Below are positions 1 to 8,924 of a stretch of DNA of 64,000 nt, in pieces (position 1 is the stretch's first letter; each line of letters begins with the position of its first letter). Source of the DNA: Lentisphaeria bacterium (GTDB lineage Bacteria > Verrucomicrobiota > Lentisphaeria > JABSQK01 > JAWLHB01); contig JAWLHB010000002.1 of NCBI GenBank assembly GCA_041690595.1, forward strand, positions 186,001-250,000, in the 5' to 3' direction. A program made the position numbers and the translations under genes. Under the pieces are notes generated by a model. The model did no database searches. It was not told the origin of the DNA and was given only the letters and a program-made list of their open reading frames with translations.

Positions 1-128
1 GTCCGACACGTCTCCTTTCGCCTCGTCCCTCCCCAACCTGCCCCGTCCGCAAAGCAATAGCCGGAACAGGAAGCCAGCCCGGGCGACCGGAGCCAACCCG
101 GACTGGGGGTTCCCCCGAGCACATTACG

Positions 129-893
129 CTACTTGAGCACGACCGTCGTCATGTCCATGCCCGAATTACCGTTGCTCGGATCCAGGGCCATCACCCGCAC
201 GACATAGGTGCCGGGACCGTCCGGCGTGAACTGACCGCTGAACTGGCTCGGACTCCCCGCATAGCTCATGGTCAAGCGCTCGTGTTCCACCCCATTCTTG
301 AGCACCTCCGCCCAGATCTTGTATCGCTTCGCGTCCCATATCCCATCCGGCTCAACCGGACAACCGCACATCATCATGACCGCAGCCTTCAACTCGATTG
401 GCTGCGCCTCCTGCACCTGCACGTGAACAGGCGGCGCCAGCACGTCCACGACGAAGCCGGCGAGATCGAGCAGAATTCCATCGCCCTGCTCGATGTGCTC
501 ACCAGGAAAGATCCATTGCGTCACTGTCGTTCGATTGGCGGCCTGGCGCTGGGCAAGCGGCCCGTACGCCTCGATTTCAACCCGCGCGGGTTCGTCTATC
601 TCCAGCGTCGCGACGAAACGCGCCGCGTCATCACTGGTCAGATGGCGGTGCCGCTCATGAGGCTGCTTCATGATGCGCTCGGTATCGCCGGTGCTGCCTG
701 CCGTCACCCCTTTCGCGAGGATCTCGCTGGTATCCGCATCGCGCACCACAATCTGAACGCCGCCCATGCTGCTGCCGACGAATTTGCCATCCTTGCTCTT
801 CACATGAATCACCACTCGGGTAGGTTCAGCTTGAGCCAGCGCGGCAAAGAGCAGCACCATGCACACCATGTATACACGCATTCTCATCTCCAT
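129..893 (-). CDS. Secreted conserved hypothetical protein with MMMCGCP motif
   Basis: 254-aa ORF; N-terminal signal peptide (…VLLFAALAQA|EP); natural protein composition; exact start Met uncertain. Confidence 0.7.
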   Translation of the reverse strand: MEMRMRVYMVCMVLLFAALAQAEPTRVVIHVKSKDGKFVGSSMGGVQIVVRDADTSEILAKGVTAGSTGDTERIMKQPHERHRHLTSDDAARFVATLEIDEPARVEIEAYGPLAQRQAANRTTVTQWIFPGEHIEQGDGILLDLAGFVVDVLAPPVHVQVQEAQPIELKAAVMMMCGCPVEPDGIWDAKRYKIWAEVLKNGVEHERLTMSYAGSPSQFSGQFTPDGPGTYVVRVMALDPSNGNSGMDMTTVVLK

Positions 894-997
894 CCTGAAG
901 AGTTGAAATAGCAGACAAAGATACTATAGCGTGATTTCGTCGATGGTGTATCTTCTCCGTCGGCCCCGTTCGTTTTCACTATCGGCAGAGAACCATC

Positions 998-1882
998 ATG
1001 AGCACGGCAATCGGCGTCGACATCGGCGGCACCAAGGGAGCTGTCATCGCCTTCGACACCTCCACCTGGCAGGTGCGGGACAAGCGTCTCGTCGCGGCGG
1101 CTCCCTGCCGGCACTATCTTGCCGCCATTCGCCAGGCCATCGCCGAACTGACCCGAGAGGATCCGCCAATCGCCGTCGGCATCGCCTGCGGCGGCCCCCT
1201 CGATCTGCGTACAGGAACCGTGCTCGCCCCACCCCACCTGACGGACTGGGACACCATTCCCATCGTCGCCGAACTCTCCGCGGCCGCCAATTGCCCCGCC
1301 ATCCTGCAGAACGACGCCAACGCCGGCGCCATGGCCGAACGCTACTGGGGCGCCGGCAGAGCCGTCGATGACCTTGTCTTCATCACCTTCGGTACGGGCT
1401 TCGGCGCCGGCATCATCGCCAACGGCCGTCTGGTGGCGGGCCACTCGGGACAGGCGGGCGAGATCGGCCACGTGCGCTTGCAGCCGGATGGCCCGCCCCT
1501 CTATGGCAAGGCAGGCTCCATCGAGGGGCTCTGCAGCGGCGGCGGCATCGCCAGTCGCTTCAAACGCGATCCCCGCGAACTCTTCACCGCCGCCACCGCA
1601 CGGGAGCCGCAAGCCCGCGAGCAGCTCCGCCAACTCGGCGAGGATGTCGGCCGCGCCCTGGCTATCCTGGTCGACCTGCTCAATCCCCGGCGCATCATCT
1701 TGGGAGGGATCTACGCGCGCCATCACCAGCTGCTGCACCAGCCGCTGCGGCGCGGCCTGACCACCGAAGCGCTGCCCCTCAACTGCCGCGACGTCGAGAT
1801 CGTTCCCGCGGAACTGGGCGAAGCCATCGGCGATCATGCAACCATGGCCATTGTCCGCGATCACCTTGAGCGGAACCCATGA
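998..1882 (+). CDS. ROK family sugar kinase
   Basis: IGVDIGGTK, LQNDANAGAMAE, TFGTGFGAGII, AGEIGH motifs; no N-terminal HTH. Confidence 0.9.
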   Translation: MSTAIGVDIGGTKGAVIAFDTSTWQVRDKRLVAAAPCRHYLAAIRQAIAELTREDPPIAVGIACGGPLDLRTGTVLAPPHLTDWDTIPIVAELSAAANCPAILQNDANAGAMAERYWGAGRAVDDLVFITFGTGFGAGIIANGRLVAGHSGQAGEIGHVRLQPDGPPLYGKAGSIEGLCSGGGIASRFKRDPRELFTAATAREPQAREQLRQLGEDVGRALAILVDLLNPRRIILGGIYARHHQLLHQPLRRGLTTEALPLNCRDVEIVPAELGEAIGDHATMAIVRDHLERNP

Positions 1883-2268
1883 AGAGTCCCCCCACCTCCA
1901 CCGTCGATCTCGTCAGCGATCTCAGCCGGGGCTTCGCGATCCTGCTCGCCTTTCTCGGCGGCGGCGACTGGATCAGCCGGAGCGCCGGGCTGCCGATCCC
2001 CGGCAGTGTCATCGGCATGGCCCTGCTGACCATTGCTCTGCTGACCGGCCTGGTCAAGATGCGGTGGGTGGAAGCGGCCTCGGCGGCGCTGCTCTCGCGG
2101 CTGGGCCTCTTCTTCATCCCCCCGGGCGTCGGCGTCATGCTCTACTTCGAACTTATCGCCCGCCAATGGCTACCTATTCTGGGCGCCATGATCGGCAGCA
2201 CGCTGGCCGTACTCTGGGTCACCGCCGGCCTAGCCCAGTGGCTCATTCAGGAGGACCAGACACCATGA
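1879..2268 (+). CDS. lrgA: CidA/LrgA family membrane protein
   Basis: LPIPGSVIGM and LGLFFIPPGVGVM motifs; ATGA overlap with the ROK gene. Confidence 0.9.
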   Translation: MKSPPTSTVDLVSDLSRGFAILLAFLGGGDWISRSAGLPIPGSVIGMALLTIALLTGLVKMRWVEAASAALLSRLGLFFIPPGVGVMLYFELIARQWLPILGAMIGSTLAVLWVTAGLAQWLIQEDQTP

Positions 2269-2972
2269 CGATGCTCACCGCGGCGCCTTGGTTCGGCATC
2301 CTGATCACCCTCGCCATCTGGCACGTCGCCCTCCAGCTCAACCAACGCTGGCGCACCCCCCTGCTCAATCCCGTCTTCGTCAGCATCACCGCCATCATTC
2401 TGCTCCTGCTGGCTGGCGGAATCAGCTTTGAAAACTACAACGTGGGCGGCAAATGGCTCAGTTTCCTTCTGCAGCCGGCCGTGGTCGCACTGGCGATTCC
2501 GCTCACCCGCCAGATCCGGCTGGTGCACGCCAACCGCCGGGCCGTCGCCATCTCCATGCTCTGCGGCTCAGTCTGCGGCATTGTCACCGCCACTGTCTTC
2601 GCCCTCCTGCTCGGGGGAAGTGAAGAGCTTGCCCGGACCATCGCGCCCAAGTCCGTCACCACCCCCATTGCCATGAGCATAGCCGCGCAGACCGGCGGCC
2701 ATCCTTCGCTGACCGCGGCGATCGTGATCATCACCGGCATCTTCGGAGCCATGATCGGACCCGAAGCCGTCCGCCTGCTGCGGCTGCGCGGCCCGATCCC
2801 GATTGGCCTGGCAGTCGGCGCCGCCGCTCACGGCATCGGCACCGCCCGCATCCTCCAGGACGAGGGACATCTGGCCGGCGCCTTCAGCGGCATCGCCATG
2901 ACCCTCAACGGTCTTCTCACCGCCATCATCCTGCCCTACCTCCTCCCCCTCATCCTCAAGCTCTTCACCTGA
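2265..2972 (+). CDS. lrgB: LrgB/CidB family membrane protein
   Basis: PLLNP, LLQPAVVALAIPL, APKSVTTPIA, AHGIGTAR motifs; start taken at ATG 2265 overlapping the lrgA stop. Confidence 0.9.
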   Translation: MTMLTAAPWFGILITLAIWHVALQLNQRWRTPLLNPVFVSITAIILLLLAGGISFENYNVGGKWLSFLLQPAVVALAIPLTRQIRLVHANRRAVAISMLCGSVCGIVTATVFALLLGGSEELARTIAPKSVTTPIAMSIAAQTGGHPSLTAAIVIITGIFGAMIGPEAVRLLRLRGPIPIGLAVGAAAHGIGTARILQDEGHLAGAFSGIAMTLNGLLTAIILPYLLPLILKLFT

Positions 2973-2976
2973 CGCC

Positions 2977-3699
2977 ATGGCCCGCTTTCTTTATCTCACC
3001 GATACCCTGCTCGGCGCTCCACACACCGCCGCCCTCCACACCCGCTGCCTCCCCGAGCTTTTCCAACTCCTTCACGACTGGATGCGCCGGCGAGGACCCT
3101 TCGACTTCGTCCTTCACGGGGGCAATCTTGTCGCCACCCCAACTTCCGAAAACATCCGTCACGCGGTCGAACTCGTTGATCTGCCCGCCCCACTCTACCT
3201 GTCGCCCGGACAAAGCGACCTCCTCCCGCCAGCCGCGGAAGAGAACTGGCTGACGCATGCGCCCGCCTTTTTCCCCGGTGGCCGTCTCGCCTGGCAACTC
3301 GACCACCCCGGCTTTCGCCTGCACGCCATTCCGCCCGACAACCAGGGCATCGAACCGCTCCTCTCTCCCTGCGACGACCTCTACCGCGTTGTCTGCACCC
3401 ATCAGCCGCTGATTGGTCAGCCCGCCGCTCGCGATCACCAGCGCTCCCTGGGTGACCGGCTGGTGACCAACAGCCAGCTTCGCCTTCTCCTTGCCAGCCA
3501 CAATCGCTTCACCTCGCACGTCACCAGAAACGAGATACCGATCCTGGCCCTTTCACCCTTTGTCTCACCCCCATACACCTTTGCCGAACTCGCCTCTGCC
3601 GACGGTCGCGCCTGGTCGATCCAGCTCCACGATCTCCCCTTCGCCGGTCCTCCCGAACCTCCCACCTCCACTGTCTATCCAGGCGCCGCCGATTACTGA
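2977..3699 (+). CDS. Calcineurin-like metallophosphoesterase-fold protein with degenerate metal ligands
   Basis: Motif spacing matches the family (LYLTDTLLG, VLHGGNLV, SPGQSD, THQP, ASHNR) but canonical D/H/N residues are altered. Confidence 0.6.
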   Translation: MARFLYLTDTLLGAPHTAALHTRCLPELFQLLHDWMRRRGPFDFVLHGGNLVATPTSENIRHAVELVDLPAPLYLSPGQSDLLPPAAEENWLTHAPAFFPGGRLAWQLDHPGFRLHAIPPDNQGIEPLLSPCDDLYRVVCTHQPLIGQPAARDHQRSLGDRLVTNSQLRLLLASHNRFTSHVTRNEIPILALSPFVSPPYTFAELASADGRAWSIQLHDLPFAGPPEPPTSTVYPGAADY

Positions 3700-3791
3700 C
3701 TCTGATCACTCGGCGAAAAGTGCTGCCTGAACGGCACAAAACGCCAGACTTGCGCTGGTAATAGCCCTTTTGTTGATCAATCTTATCCCAA

Positions 3792-4691
3792 ATGGGAGAT
3801 GACACCGTGAAACTTGCCTGTCTGATACTACCTGTTCTGGTCATTTGGATGAACTCTCTGCCGCTGCATGCCGGCGCGGTCATCGCCAGCGACAATGCCA
3901 TCAGCGTCGGTGAGGTCACCGAGGACGGGGAGAGCATCATGCTCAAGATGGAATACGGGCGGGTCAAATATAACCGCTCCCAGCTGCTCTGGTATACGAC
4001 CGATCCGCGGGTGGTCAACGTCATTTCGGCGGCTGCCGCCGCCAGTCGTGAAGAGGCGTGGGGGCCAACGCGGCTGCTTCTTCTCGAGACGATTGCGCGC
4101 GAACCCACCAACCGCGCTCTTGCCGAGAAGATGCTCGACAAGCTCTCGAAACGGCTGGCTCCCGCTCCGGCTGTCGTCGAGCATCCCGTCGCCAACGCCG
4201 AACCGGCGGCGAGCACGGACGAGCCTGCCGAAGACGTCATCACCCGCCTGGTAGCCGATGAGCTGGTGGTTTTCTCCGGTGGCGACTTCACCGACATCGC
4301 GAAGAACAGCTTCACACCCAGGAAGTACTATGCGATCTACACGTCGGCCCACTGGTGTCCTCCGTGCCGAGGCTTCACGCCGAAGTTGGTCAAGTTCTAC
4401 ACGACCATGCAGGAGAGCCATGGGCAGCTCTTCGATGTCATCTTCTGCAGCCGCGACAAGACCGGTGGCGAGATGGCAACCTATATGGATGAGTTCAAGA
4501 TGCCGTGGCCGGCCATCCGCTACAACAAGCGCTTCATGCTGAAGCAGTACGCCGCCAACGCCATACCCTGCCTCGTCATCGTCGACGGGCAAGGCGAGAT
4601 TCTGGCACATTCCTATCCGGAAGACGGCCCGCGCATTGGCGCCAGCGCCGTCCTCGAGAAGCTGCGCGAGTTGCTCGACGCGGAGAAGTGA
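3792..4691 (+). CDS. Secreted thioredoxin-like (nucleoredoxin/tryparedoxin-type) protein with N-terminal extension
   Basis: SAHWCPPCRGFTPKL, IFCSRD, MPWPAI, AIPCLVIVD motifs; N-terminal signal-like segment. Confidence 0.8.
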   Translation: MGDDTVKLACLILPVLVIWMNSLPLHAGAVIASDNAISVGEVTEDGESIMLKMEYGRVKYNRSQLLWYTTDPRVVNVISAAAAASREEAWGPTRLLLLETIAREPTNRALAEKMLDKLSKRLAPAPAVVEHPVANAEPAASTDEPAEDVITRLVADELVVFSGGDFTDIAKNSFTPRKYYAIYTSAHWCPPCRGFTPKLVKFYTTMQESHGQLFDVIFCSRDKTGGEMATYMDEFKMPWPAIRYNKRFMLKQYAANAIPCLVIVDGQGEILAHSYPEDGPRIGASAVLEKLRELLDAEK

Positions 4692-5534
4692 TCAGCGCTC
4701 CCACTTGGGCGAGAAGGCAGGCGCAATGAAGCGGCGGTTTTCGTCCAGCTTGAAGATGGCAGCCATCTCCTTTTCGCTCAAGAAAAAGTCGAAGAGATCG
4801 AAGTTGGCCGTGCGGTGCTCGGCTGTCGCCGCCTTGGGGATGACGCAAACCTTCTCCTGCTGCAGCAGCCAGCGCAACGCGACCTGAGCCGGAGACTTGC
4901 CATGGGCCTGGCCAATGGCGACGAGGCTCTCATTGTCCATGACTGCACCTCGCGCGAGTGGACTGTAGGCAGTGAGCATGAAGTCCTGCTCGCGGGCCAT
5001 CTCCAGCAGCTTGTTCTGGGCGAGGAAGGGATGGTACTCCACCTGGTTGGCGAAGATCTTCGCATGACGCCTTGCCTCTCTCATCAGAGTTGGCGTGAAA
5101 TTGCTGACGCCGATGAAGCGGACCTTGCCTGCGTCCTGCAGGCTGCGCATGGCTCCCAGCGTCTCCGCCAGAGATACCTCGGCGTTCGGCCAATGGATGA
5201 GCAGAAGATCGACATACTCCGTCCGCAGCTGCTTCAGACTGGCCTCGGCGGTCGAGCGCACATCGTCAGCATGAAGGCTCTCCCGCCACAGCTTGGTGGT
5301 GAGGAAAATCTCCCCGCGCTCGATTCCAGCGGCCTTCATGGCTTTACCAACGCGGTCCTCGTTGCCATAAGCCTGAGCGGTGTCGAAATGGCGATAACCA
5401 ATCTCCAGCGCATGACGCACTCCGACTTCACAGGCATCGTCGCGGAGTTGAAAGGTCCCAAATCCAAGCGCCGGCACGCGCTCTCCCTGCACAGTCACAA
5501 CATTCATAATGGGTAGCTCTCCTGTTTCTTGCAT
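4692..5534 (-). CDS. Aldo/keto reductase (DkgA/B-like)
   Basis: LGFGTF, HFDTAQAYGNE, FLTTKLW, LLLIHWP, IGVSNF, AYSPL, VIPK motifs; start may be 5507. Confidence 0.93.
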   Translation of the reverse strand: MQETGELPIMNVVTVQGERVPALGFGTFQLRDDACEVGVRHALEIGYRHFDTAQAYGNEDRVGKAMKAAGIERGEIFLTTKLWRESLHADDVRSTAEASLKQLRTEYVDLLLIHWPNAEVSLAETLGAMRSLQDAGKVRFIGVSNFTPTLMREARRHAKIFANQVEYHPFLAQNKLLEMAREQDFMLTAYSPLARGAVMDNESLVAIGQAHGKSPAQVALRWLLQQEKVCVIPKAATAEHRTANFDLFDFFLSEKEMAAIFKLDENRRFIAPAFSPKWER

Positions 5535-5567
5535 GATCGCTCTGCTGATTACTATAGCCCAACCTTT

Positions 5568-6995
5568 TCATCCAAAGGGGGCCCACCCCGTCTGCGCCGG
5601 CGGTGTCAGGTCAAAGAGACGTTCGCGTCGCTGCCGCAGATCAGCCAGGCGCGGCGCCTGTTCCGGCTCGCCGGCCAGATTCCGAAGCTCATGCGGGTCG
5701 CTGACCAGATCGTAGAGAGCCTCGGTCGCCGTGGATGCTTCGGAAGTCGCCGGAAAACGCACATACTTCCATCGCTCGCCGACCAGCGCCTGATAGTGGG
5801 TGCGGCATTCGGAGAAGGCGAAATCGCGTATGCCTTCCGTCTCGCCGCGAACGATTGGCATGAGGGACCGGCAAGGTACCCGGTCATGGTAAGCGGGCCA
5901 AGCCTTCGCCAGAGCCTCCTCCGCCCGCAGCCCCGCCACGTCGAGGATGGTCGCCGTCAGATCGGTCAGTTCCACGGGGGAGTCGCAGCGCGCACCGCGC
6001 AGATGCTCCGGATGCCGGATCGCCGTGGGCACGATCATGGCCTGCTGCCATGGCTGGGCCTTCGACATGCGATTATGGTCGCCCAGCATCTCGCCATGAT
6101 CGCTGGTGAAGAGCAGCACCGTCTCGTCGAGCAGCTCCTCCGCCTCCAGTTGCCGCAGAAGTCGCCCGACCTGCAGGTCAACGCAATGAATCATTGCCCG
6201 GTAAGCCCGGCGGACGCTGTAGAGCCGCTTCTTGACGGCATCGCTCATCGGCTCGCCGTCCACGATGAAGTCGTCCCGCTCATCTGGCGGAACCGCGTCG
6301 AGGCAGCTCAGCGGTGGATCGTACGGCTTGTGCGGCCCGCAGAAGGAGACAAAGAGAAAGAAGGGGCGATCCTTCGGCCGCGCCGCCAACGCCGCCAACG
6401 CTTCATCACCGATGACATTGTCGACGTAATGCGCCTCGTCAAAGGGCCACGGCTCGCCCGTCCAACGGGTGCGCTCCGGGATCTGCAAATTGGGTCCCCG
6501 CGAGGCCACATGCTCCCGATAAGCGGCCAGCAGGCCACGGCCGTCCAGGTAGCGGGCGTAGTCGCAATAGTTGGGTACGGCGAGCTGCTTGCCGGCCGCT
6601 TCCCACAGGTAGTCAAGGCCATATTCCTTGATCTGCTCCCTCAGCGCCACCAGGTCGTGTCCCTTGCCGGCCGGCGTTCCCCACGGCCAGTTCTGGTTCC
6701 AATGCAATTTGCCGACCGCCCCCGTCCAGTAACCGCACTCCCGCAGGGCGCGCAGATAGGTGGGATGCTCGGGATGCAGATCACCCGACATGTCGAGCAT
6801 GCCGATCTGGTGCGTGTACTTGCCGGTGAGCAGGGCCGTCCGCGCTGGGGTGCATATCGGGTTGACGCTGACGCAGCGGCTGAAGGCGACGCTTCCCGCG
6901 ATACGGTCAATATTTGGTGTCGCCACCTTACCTTCCGGCAGAAACGAGACATGATCCGCCCGATGCTGATCGGTCATGATGAAGATGATATTCAC
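5568..6995 (-). CDS. Sulfatase (formylglycine-dependent, S1)
   Basis: NIIFIMTDQHR, CTPARTALLTG (CxPxR), VGKLH, FTSDHGEMLGDH motifs. Confidence 0.92.
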   Translation of the reverse strand: MNIIFIMTDQHRADHVSFLPEGKVATPNIDRIAGSVAFSRCVSVNPICTPARTALLTGKYTHQIGMLDMSGDLHPEHPTYLRALRECGYWTGAVGKLHWNQNWPWGTPAGKGHDLVALREQIKEYGLDYLWEAAGKQLAVPNYCDYARYLDGRGLLAAYREHVASRGPNLQIPERTRWTGEPWPFDEAHYVDNVIGDEALAALAARPKDRPFFLFVSFCGPHKPYDPPLSCLDAVPPDERDDFIVDGEPMSDAVKKRLYSVRRAYRAMIHCVDLQVGRLLRQLEAEELLDETVLLFTSDHGEMLGDHNRMSKAQPWQQAMIVPTAIRHPEHLRGARCDSPVELTDLTATILDVAGLRAEEALAKAWPAYHDRVPCRSLMPIVRGETEGIRDFAFSECRTHYQALVGERWKYVRFPATSEASTATEALYDLVSDPHELRNLAGEPEQAPRLADLRQRRERLFDLTPPAQTGWAPFG

Positions 6996-7164
6996 GGCTC
7001 TGCCTTTCCTCCGTGGACTGGTGTTTGGGTGGCCTCGCCCGACACCCCTCCGGGCCTGGCTTCAAAAATTCATCCGCCACCATGGTTGGAGCGGATTCCC
7101 CGCCGGTAGTACAGTAACGTCTTGCCATCATTCCACCACCTTTCGATACCGGAGAGAGACGAAG

Positions 7165-8136
7165 ATGCTGCTTGGATTTCTCATGCTTGCCGGCGGCTTC
7201 ATCGCCCTGATCAAGGGCGCCGACTGGCTGGTGACGGGAGCCGCCGCACTCGCCCGCAGGTTGCATATCTCGGAACTGATCATCGGCCTCACCATCGTCG
7301 CCCTCGGAACCTCGATGCCCGAACTGACGGTGAGCGTCATCGCGGCCGTTCAGGGCAACGGCGAGATCGCTCTGGGCAACATCCTCGGCAGCAATGTCGC
7401 CAACGTCCTGCTGATCCTCGGCATCGCCTCATGCATGGTGCCACTGAAGGTCACCCTGCAGACCGTCCGTTTCGAGATCCCCCTATGCGTGCTGGCCGGG
7501 CTCGTCTTGCTGATCCAGGCCCTCGATCCCTGGATGGGCGGCGGCTCCATTGCGCTCCTCGAGCGTACGGAAGGGCTGGTCCTCCTCGTCTTCTTCATGA
7601 TGTTCATGTACTACATCTGGAACATGGCCCGCGCCGGCAGCCAGGATGTCCTGCCGGAGGTCGAGGGAGGCGAAACGTCCGTCGGCAAGGCGACATTGCT
7701 GCTCGGCATCGGCCTCGCGCTGCTCATCCTCGGCGGCAAGCTGGCTGTTGACGGCGCCGTCCGCGTGGCCTCCGGACTCGGCATGAGCGAGAGCATCATC
7801 GGGCTGACGGTAGTCGCTATCGGCACCTCACTCCCGGAACTGGCAACCTCGGTGGTTGCGGCCCGCAAGGGTAATGCCGATATCGCGGTGGGCAACATCG
7901 TCGGTTCGAACATCATGAATGTCTTCCTGATCCTGGGCATCACCACAGCGATCACGCCGGTGGCGATGAGCGGTGAAGCTCTGATCGCCACCGGTATGGT
8001 GATGCTCGCCTCTCTCCTGCTGCTGACCGCCATGTTTACTGGCCGGCGCTACGTGCTCGAACGGTGGGAGGGCGCGGTGATGCTTGCCATCTACCTCGGC
8101 TACATGGTCTATCTCGGGGCCGGCGGCATCGGCTGA
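7165..8136 (+). CDS. Ca2+/Na+ antiporter (CaCA/YrbG family)
   Basis: Two alpha repeats GTSMPEL/GTSLPEL and GNILGSN/GNIVGSN; start at ATG 7165 after a GGAGAG RBS. Confidence 0.92.
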   Translation: MLLGFLMLAGGFIALIKGADWLVTGAAALARRLHISELIIGLTIVALGTSMPELTVSVIAAVQGNGEIALGNILGSNVANVLLILGIASCMVPLKVTLQTVRFEIPLCVLAGLVLLIQALDPWMGGGSIALLERTEGLVLLVFFMMFMYYIWNMARAGSQDVLPEVEGGETSVGKATLLLGIGLALLILGGKLAVDGAVRVASGLGMSESIIGLTVVAIGTSLPELATSVVAARKGNADIAVGNIVGSNIMNVFLILGITTAITPVAMSGEALIATGMVMLASLLLLTAMFTGRRYVLERWEGAVMLAIYLGYMVYLGAGGIG

Positions 8137-8140
8137 CCGA

Positions 8141-8710
8141 CTACAGCTTTTCGGGCCTGGCAACGATCTGCACGGTGCTGGCTTGCGGCCCGTCTTCGCC
8201 GGACTCCTCGACGAAACGCACGCCGACTCCTTTTCGCAGTTCATCCCAGTCGCCGTGGAGCACGCTGTTGCGATGGAAATAGATTTCGCGGCCGTCAATC
8301 GACCGTATGAAGCCATAGCCCTCTTCGCGGTGGATGGAGTCGACGATCGCCGCCGTCTCCTGCTCGGGATGCTTTTTGATCGCCCCGTGCAGCTGCTCGT
8401 CGAGCTTGCGAAGGTTACGCCAGGCAATCTTGAAGGTGTCGCGGATGATGTAATGGAGCGTATCGGTGATGGCGCCATCTCCCGGCTCATGGCGAACCAC
8501 AATCTCGTGACCGGGGGCAACCCGCATGTCGATCGTTATCCGGAAAGGACTCCCCGAACGCTGATGCTCGTGCGGCTTCTCGACGATGACGCGGCAGCTG
8601 TGCAACGCCCTGCAGACGTCCTCCAGCTTCCGAGCTTTCTCCTCGATCAGATTCTGCAGATCATCGCTCTTCGCGATGTTCTTGAAAGCAACTTCCAACG
8701 GGACATCCAT
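8141..8710 (-). CDS. HPF/RaiA (S30AE) domain fused to a cold-shock domain
   Basis: N-terminal S30AE-like region (PHEHQRSGSPFRITI); C-terminal CSD (EGYGFI, EIYFHRNSV, GPQASTV). Confidence 0.88.
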   Translation of the reverse strand: MDVPLEVAFKNIAKSDDLQNLIEEKARKLEDVCRALHSCRVIVEKPHEHQRSGSPFRITIDMRVAPGHEIVVRHEPGDGAITDTLHYIIRDTFKIAWRNLRKLDEQLHGAIKKHPEQETAAIVDSIHREEGYGFIRSIDGREIYFHRNSVLHGDWDELRKGVGVRFVEESGEDGPQASTVQIVARPEKL

Positions 8711-8924
8711 ACTCGTGCCTCATGGTATAGGGTGACAGGAAGGATTACCGACTACCAGAGAAGAAAAGCATATCTCCTGCCAAGACCCCGCCGGTACCCT
8801 TTCAACCGGAATTCGTGTGACTTCCTTTCCACCGGCGTAAGCCAAACCGTACGACTTCCGCCACGACTGTTGCAGCGCTGCCTCATCGTCATTACCTTAC
8901 CCAGCAAACCAAGGAGGGCAGACG

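Noticed and set aside
1879..2972. lrgAB as a prophage lysis cassette
   Set aside because: There are no phage genes nearby; the genes are coupled to a sugar kinase in a metabolic context.
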